A DNA stretch of 32,000 nucleotides. It comes from Promethearchaeum syntrophicum (GTDB taxonomy: Archaea > Asgardarchaeota > Lokiarchaeia > Sigyniarchaeales > Promethearchaeaceae). Position 1 is the stretch's first letter, and every line of letters starts with the position of its first letter. The stretch is from positions 1,170,001-1,202,000 of the forward strand of contig NZ_CP042905.2 of the NCBI RefSeq assembly GCF_008000775.2, in the 5' to 3' direction. The notes under the pieces were generated by a model. The model saw nothing but the letters and a program-made list of their open reading frames with translations. It had not been told where the DNA came from and made no database searches. Positions 27,091-32,000 of this stretch are shown here, one piece after another. The position numbers and the translations under genes were made by a program.

Positions 27091-27559
27091 GAATTAATAT
27101 TTCGAGAACTCATTAAAAAATTTGAGTGTTTTTCTTTTAACCACCATTTAGTTTCCCATAAAAAAGTCCCCAGAAAAATTCAATTTTCATTACAATTTGC
27201 CTCAAACCACACATTTGAGAGCAATCTTTAAAATCGATCTAAATAGCTATTTCCTATTGTTTCGGATTTTCTTAATATTTTTTACGATTTTTCGTATTAA
27301 CAAAATTTCTCATGAATAAAATAAGTTTGAATTACCTTATGGAGATATTATTGACATTTACGGCCGAATGTAAAGAAATAAGAGTTAGAATGATAAAAAA
27401 AATAAGTTTTAAATTAAAGTTTTTCTTACTTCTTTTGATATAATTTACTTGATTTTTTCCATGTTTCTTTTCCTAAACCACCCTAAACATTTTTTAGTAA
27501 TAAAAATCAACTTTTTTTTATCGAATAAAATCGTAATTAATTTCGATGATGTGAAAAAA

Positions 27560-29611
27560 ATGGCTAGGAAAAGAAAAAAGAAAGTAGAACCTCCAAAAGA
27601 GACCAAAATGGGTTTCGCAGCTGATGAACCTGTAGAGAAGCAACAAGCTGAAGAGATGAAAACTTATTCTGGTGGATCTGAGGAAATCCAATATAAGAAC
27701 CGTAGCGGAAATATTATTGAAACTTTTGATTCTGCATCAGGGAAGAAAGAAGGGGAAATTTCTTTAGGCTCACAAGGTGCTAAAGGAAAATTTGTAATGC
27801 TTGAAGTATTAGAAAAAACCGAAAATCATTATGAATATAATGGAGAAACCGACATTGAAGGTGACAGAAAAACTTCAGGTATATTCAAGATTAAAAATCC
27901 ATCAGATTCTGATAAAATTTGGGACATTGATGTCACTTTTAAAAAAGATAAACCTGTAGGGTTGGATGATGAAATTCATCTCAAAAATTTAGACCCAAAT
28001 GAGGAAAAGGAATATGAATATGAAATTGAGCAATTTGAAGAACCTGCTCTAAAAATATCTGAATTCGTTAGCACAATTAATGATGAAGATACCCTCAGTT
28101 ATTCCCTTGCAACGGGAGATGAAAATAAAGTATTATTTAAATTAGTTTTAAAGAACCTTATGGATTATCCTATTAAGAATATTGTGGTTAAGAAGGAAAT
28201 TCAAGAGGGTTATACTGATTTCAACCTACTTGGAGCTTCATTGGGATCTACAGATAATACTTCAGAATTTATTGAATGGAAGATTAATACGTTATCAGCT
28301 AATGCAGAAGCTGAATTAAAACTCAATATGAGTATCCAAATTGAAGATTCAAGCTCAAAAGTACGAACAGGGAAAATTACAGCAGAATATTCAACTCCAG
28401 ATAAAGCTTTAACCGGACTTGAAATAGATAAGTTTGATGCCTATTCAAATAACTTTGTGGGTGTTTTAGAAGAACAAAAAGATGATAAACCAGATGCGTA
28501 TGATTGTTCTGTGATGTTTATTAACGAAAGTGAATTTCAAGTAAAATTGGTTAATCTCGATGTAAAAAACGCTGTAACTGATAAAAAAGTTTTAGACATT
28601 GATCCAAATGAAATTCCAATTGTCGCTTCGGGTGCTACTTGGACATCATTACCATGGGAAACCGAAACTGATGATGGTTTAGAACCCCGCTTCCTTAAAA
28701 CAGTCGAATTCTTTTTAATTGCTTCACGAAAAGTCTCTACTCTAGGAACTATTGCAATTGATGATTTTGAATTGGCAGTGGCTGCTATTGCAGGAAAATT
28801 GGATTATTCCTTAGTACAATTAATGTCTTATAGAGTTACTCCATTTGATGCATTATTACAAGTCAAAAATACTGGTGGTGCCGATTTAAACGAAATTATT
28901 TTTGAAGAAACAATTCAAGAAGGATATGTGCCTCCAAATCCCGAAGATGTTGAAGTATACATAGTAAAAGATTATGAATCAGATATTGAAGAAGGAGATG
29001 CAGATTGGGAAAACTTGGGTGATCCTATTGAAATCGATACTGATTTAATTGAAATCAGTCCAAATAATCGAGAACCTGATACGGAACATGTTATTAGGAT
29101 TAAACTCACAGATCTAAAAGATCATGCAATGGGGATGTTCCTTCCAAATATGGTCATTCGGCTTAAATATCCTATTGAAGCATATAAACCTGCAAAAGAT
29201 TCAGAATATGTCTCAAATGTAAGATATATTGCCAACACTTATCCCGCAGGAGCTCCAATAGAATTTATTCCCGCTGCTAAAGCCAGAATTCCAGTTCTAC
29301 ATCTGAGAAGAAAAGTCCTTAAAGGGAAGAAGATTCACGCAATGGCGACAGAAGGTGAATATCAAATTGTTTTGACCATTAAGAACACAGGAGACACTTT
29401 TATTGAGAATGTCGAAATGAGAGATGTAGTACCAGACAATTTTGAGTATGGATCATATAGTTTTGAACCAGCATCAACTGATAACCTTGAAGGAAAAGAT
29501 TTATTAATCTGGAAGATTGATCGGATCGAAGCAAACGACGAATTTGAGATCACATATACAATCACCGGTAAGGGCGAATACAAAGCTAGTGATTCTCAAT
29601 TATCTGCTTGA
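27560..29611 (+). CDS. Acidic 683 aa protein of about five tandem beta-sandwich (DUF11/CARDB-like) modules, with a basic N-terminus and no signal peptide
   Basis: The recurring module pattern is h-x-h-x-h-x-N-x-(G/S)-…-I-x-N/D-h-x-h-x-D/E-x-h-P/Q-x-G-(F/Y)…, with a trailing amphipathic strand. Examples are IFKIKNPSDSDKIWDIDV, LFKLVLKNLMDYPIKNIVVKKEIQEGY, LLQVKNTGGADLNEIIFEETIQEGY and YQIVLTIKNTGDTFIENVEMRDVVPDNFEY…FEITYTITGKG. The preferred start is the ATG at 27560 (MARKRKKK). The upstream 37 codons of the track ORF are T-rich and intergenic-like. Confidence 0.75.
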   Translation: MARKRKKKVEPPKETKMGFAADEPVEKQQAEEMKTYSGGSEEIQYKNRSGNIIETFDSASGKKEGEISLGSQGAKGKFVMLEVLEKTENHYEYNGETDIEGDRKTSGIFKIKNPSDSDKIWDIDVTFKKDKPVGLDDEIHLKNLDPNEEKEYEYEIEQFEEPALKISEFVSTINDEDTLSYSLATGDENKVLFKLVLKNLMDYPIKNIVVKKEIQEGYTDFNLLGASLGSTDNTSEFIEWKINTLSANAEAELKLNMSIQIEDSSSKVRTGKITAEYSTPDKALTGLEIDKFDAYSNNFVGVLEEQKDDKPDAYDCSVMFINESEFQVKLVNLDVKNAVTDKKVLDIDPNEIPIVASGATWTSLPWETETDDGLEPRFLKTVEFFLIASRKVSTLGTIAIDDFELAVAAIAGKLDYSLVQLMSYRVTPFDALLQVKNTGGADLNEIIFEETIQEGYVPPNPEDVEVYIVKDYESDIEEGDADWENLGDPIEIDTDLIEISPNNREPDTEHVIRIKLTDLKDHAMGMFLPNMVIRLKYPIEAYKPAKDSEYVSNVRYIANTYPAGAPIEFIPAAKARIPVLHLRRKVLKGKKIHAMATEGEYQIVLTIKNTGDTFIENVEMRDVVPDNFEYGSYSFEPASTDNLEGKDLLIWKIDRIEANDEFEITYTITGKGEYKASDSQLSA

Positions 29612-29616
29612 TCTAC

Positions 29617-29639
29617 TTTTTTTATTCCATTTTTTTTTT
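29617..29639 (+). terminator. Two oligo-T runs (7 T at 29617-29623, 10 T at 29630-29639) just after the stop at 29611
   Basis: Read directly from the sequence. Confidence 0.45.
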
Positions 29640-29729
29640 ATTTATTTAAATTCGTAAATCATTCCTTTTCGTTAAAATGACGAATAATCATCTTGAAAAA
29701 ATTAAAAATATATACGGGATAAATAGCTT

Positions 29730-30650
29730 GTGTCAGAAAATACTTTAGGACTGTTCAAAGAAAAATATCATTATGTTTATTCCCCGTCTTCTTTGAGTAG
29801 GCAGAAAAAAGTAATCAAGGCAATTCCGAAATCTGAAATCATTATAAATAAATTACCTATACCTGATAAATTTAAACCAAATCTGGAGATTCCACAATAT
29901 CCCCCTGTGATAATTTTCCCTCCAACAAAGCATTTAATGTGGCCCGTGTCTTTAAATGGTGATTCACAGATTAAATCATATCGGATGTTCATTCCTAATG
30001 AATTTCCACTCTATATCATCAGCTATGATACTCATCTTCCCTCGGATCATACCAGTGAATCGATTGCAAGAGATTTTCATGAATTTTTACGAGATATCGT
30101 ACAAGAACCTGGAATCATTATGGGTATCTCCTATGGAGGCAGTATTGCAATTCCATTTGCAGCAATGTATCCGGAATGGGTTAATAAATTAATTTTAATG
30201 GTGAGTACTTATACCGTGCGCGGTGCCGGGGTTGAGTTAGCCAAAGAATTACTTCGTTTGGCTAAAGAAGGCAAACCATTCACCTTAAAACGCAAGATTG
30301 AAGATCTTTACCACTTAAAAATTCTACGAAAAATTTTTCAATTACAATTCTGGCGAGAATGGCCAGATTTAGAAGAATCTATGAATCCGTTGTCAACCTT
30401 TATTAATGCATATTCCCATCTTCTGAATTCTCCACAATCAAGAAAGAAGTACTTATCAAAGATCGATGCTCCCACATTAATTATTGGCGGTACCGAAGAT
30501 CAATTCGCCAGTGTTGAAGATTATGAAGAAACACGGGATTTGATTCCAAACGCGTTCTTAGAACTGTATGACGGTCAAACTCATACCGTTCCGATTGAAA
30601 AAATTTTCGATGTAAGTGACATCATTAAAAAATTCATTCGCAATCAATAA
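29730..30650 (+). CDS. Alpha/beta-fold hydrolase
   Basis: 306 aa with a GTG start. It has the nucleophile elbow GISYGGS, an Asp region GGTEDQFA and a His in GQTHTVP. The N-terminal ~90 aa lies outside the canonical fold. Confidence 0.8.
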   Translation: MSENTLGLFKEKYHYVYSPSSLSRQKKVIKAIPKSEIIINKLPIPDKFKPNLEIPQYPPVIIFPPTKHLMWPVSLNGDSQIKSYRMFIPNEFPLYIISYDTHLPSDHTSESIARDFHEFLRDIVQEPGIIMGISYGGSIAIPFAAMYPEWVNKLILMVSTYTVRGAGVELAKELLRLAKEGKPFTLKRKIEDLYHLKILRKIFQLQFWREWPDLEESMNPLSTFINAYSHLLNSPQSRKKYLSKIDAPTLIIGGTEDQFASVEDYEETRDLIPNAFLELYDGQTHTVPIEKIFDVSDIIKKFIRNQ

Positions 30651-30676
30651 TCTAATTTATGATGACACTATCGAAG

Positions 30677-30687
30677 TTTTTTTTTTT
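30677..30687 (+). terminator. 11-T run downstream of the hydrolase gene, in the 47-nt convergent gap
   Basis: Read directly from the sequence. Confidence 0.4.
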
Positions 30688-30697
30688 AATAAAGGTT

Positions 30698-31828
30698 CTA
30701 TTTCGTTTTGAAAAAATAAGGAATTTCTCCGATATTCTGAGCGACATTTAATGGAGTACCTAATTGATGCAAAATTAGATGTATTTTTTGTTCCAATTCA
30801 TCACATTTGTTCAGTGTTTCAGACCAATTTAAAGCGCAAATCAAAGGTAATAAATCAGGAAACCCCTTGGAAAAATAATGAGTTTGGGTTTTAGAAAAGG
30901 GAAGATATTCTCCAAAATATTTCTGTGGATTATCAAGATAGGATAATCGATCTCCAATCCAAAGTTGTAATTCAGAGGCGGCATAAGATGCAGTCATTAA
31001 ATCTTGTTTTTTGCAAGCAGCGCGAATTTTATTTAAATATTCAAGAAAACCCAAGAATTCTTCCTTTATATCATGAACTGGAGGATCTAAAGTTTCAATA
31101 TAAGCGTTTTCAATATCTTTCTGAGTTCTTTCCGATAGTTCCTCACATACGGTTAAAATTTGATTCCAGTCTTGAGATACTAGAAGAGTTTCTACTTTTT
31201 CTGGAAAATGTTTTGGTAGTTTTGAAAATTGAAATGCTTCATGCATATTAGATCCCCAGTTTTTTGTAAGATATGTGTCATTTAATCGAGCATACACAGT
31301 GATTATATTAAAAATAAGTTCCCAAATTCCGTAGCGACCACTAACCCGATCATTGATTTTAATAGATTGTTTTAAATGATAAAATATACTCCACGGGTGA
31401 TAATCTTTCTTTATCAATGCCACATTGTTTTTATGATCACTAATTATTTTTCTAATCTTCTGTTGAAATTTTGTAAAACGATTTGTACATTTTTCACCTC
31501 TACTATAAAGTATTTTACAATCAAGAAGTCCAGAAATTTGGTATAGCCACATCGATGATTTAATTTCTGTGGTTGTTTTTTCCAATTTTTCAAAAGAACT
31601 TGCCCATGCATCAACAGGATGCTCTTGAAACATAAAGTTTAGATTTACTTGTGATTTAAATTGTTCTTTATCAGCCTCTGAATCAAATAAAGTAATCATA
31701 TCTAAATCAGAATATTGTGAACTGGAATCTCGGGCGACCGATCCATAAACTACTATGAGTTCTATCTCTGCAATGGATTTACTTAAAGTAGAGGCTATCT
31801 CTTCAGCAAGTTCGAGAAGTGATGACAT
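30698..31828 (-). CDS. Pol-beta-superfamily nucleotidyltransferase domain protein with a ~300 aa helical C-terminal domain (KNTase/DUF4037-like)
   Basis: The N-terminal minimal NTase signature is VVYGSVARDSSSQYSDLDMI (GS … DxD). The preferred start is the ATG at 31828 (MSSLLELAEEIA…). The 22 extra codons in the track ORF (to 31894) are hydrophobic and low-complexity. Confidence 0.75.
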   Translation of the reverse strand: MSSLLELAEEIASTLSKSIAEIELIVVYGSVARDSSSQYSDLDMITLFDSEADKEQFKSQVNLNFMFQEHPVDAWASSFEKLEKTTTEIKSSMWLYQISGLLDCKILYSRGEKCTNRFTKFQQKIRKIISDHKNNVALIKKDYHPWSIFYHLKQSIKINDRVSGRYGIWELIFNIITVYARLNDTYLTKNWGSNMHEAFQFSKLPKHFPEKVETLLVSQDWNQILTVCEELSERTQKDIENAYIETLDPPVHDIKEEFLGFLEYLNKIRAACKKQDLMTASYAASELQLWIGDRLSYLDNPQKYFGEYLPFSKTQTHYFSKGFPDLLPLICALNWSETLNKCDELEQKIHLILHQLGTPLNVAQNIGEIPYFFKTK

Positions 31829-31926
31829 ATACAATTCTTTGGTGAAGAAATATAAAAAAATTTTGAATTTACATAAGCCCAATTTGAATTCCATACTTTT
31901 TTTACTAAGAAGATAGAATAATACTT

Positions 31927-32000
31927 ATGACTTTTTCAATCGTAGCTTTTGATCCCAAAACGGGGGATTTAGGCGTTGCCGTTCAAAGTAAGTTTCCATG
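31927..32000 (+). CDS. DUF1028-family (Ntn-hydrolase-like) protein, first 24 codons only
   Basis: ATG at 31927. The translation MTFSIVAFDPKTGDLGVAVQSKFP matches the highly characteristic DUF1028 N-terminus (MTFSIVA-D–TG-xGVAVQS). It is truncated by the window end. Confidence 0.7.
   Translation, partial: MTFSIVAFDPKTGDLGVAVQSKFP

Noticed and set aside
27449-27559. 37-codon N-terminal extension of the beta-sandwich protein (TTG start) that might act as a signal peptide
   Set aside because: The segment is T-rich and non-coding in appearance and lacks an n-region/h-region/cleavage-site organisation. The ATG at 27560 is followed by a coherent basic N-terminus. The rejection is not certain and is flagged in the findings.
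31829-31894. 22-codon extension at the start of the nucleotidyltransferase ORF
   Set aside because: MEFKLGLCKFKIFLYFFTKELY looks like translated promoter DNA. The ATG at 31828 gives an N-terminus typical of minimal NTases.
1-32000. CRISPR arrays, tRNA/rRNA genes, IS elements, integrases or prophage genes
   Set aside because: I saw no regularly spaced direct repeats with unique spacers, no GC-rich cloverleaf-sized islands in the AT-rich spacers, and no transposase, integrase or phage-like ORFs. The scan was by eye only and should be confirmed with tRNAscan-SE, Infernal and ISEScan.

Overview
The window is visibly AT-rich and densely coded. It carries about 30 protein genes. I found no rRNA, tRNA, CRISPR array, transposase or integrase by eye.

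Several features fit an archaeal chromosome, most plausibly an Asgard/Lokiarchaeia-like genome. They are GGTGA-type ribosome-binding motifs, oligo-T terminators, N/K/I-rich proteins, an Arf-like small GTPase carrying an extra N-terminal domain, and a eukaryote-type LRR protein. This placement is inference; no lineage marker gene is present.

Recognisable housekeeping or accessory genes are:
- an EamA/DMT transporter
- feoA-feoB with a perfect palindrome in the promoter
- dodecin
- two alpha/beta hydrolases
- a cytosolic GH3 beta-glucosidase
- a cbiM-PDGLE-cbiQ-cbiO ECF metal transporter operon
- a B12-binding-type radical SAM enzyme placed 20 nt upstream of the LRR gene
- an orphan grpE
- GTP-dependent PEP carboxykinase
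- an AzgA-type purine permease
- a Pol-beta-type nucleotidyltransferase
- the start of a DUF1028 gene

The most interesting material is uncharacterised.
1. An Arf-like GTPase (19003-20070) has a ~175 aa N-terminal domain whose pattern looks longin/roadblock-like.
2. A ~14-15 TM protein (24811-27090) ends in a soluble tail with the same longin/roadblock-like pattern. A zinc-ribbon/4-TM protein follows it.
3. A 683 aa acidic cytosolic protein (27560-29611) is built from about five tandem beta-sandwich modules. It is transcribed divergently from the TM protein across a 470 bp spacer.

Together these suggest an undescribed membrane-anchored small-GTPase regulatory or trafficking-like module. That is a hypothesis only.

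One long ORF (1-1520, minus strand) is missing from the supplied ORF track because it runs off the window edge.
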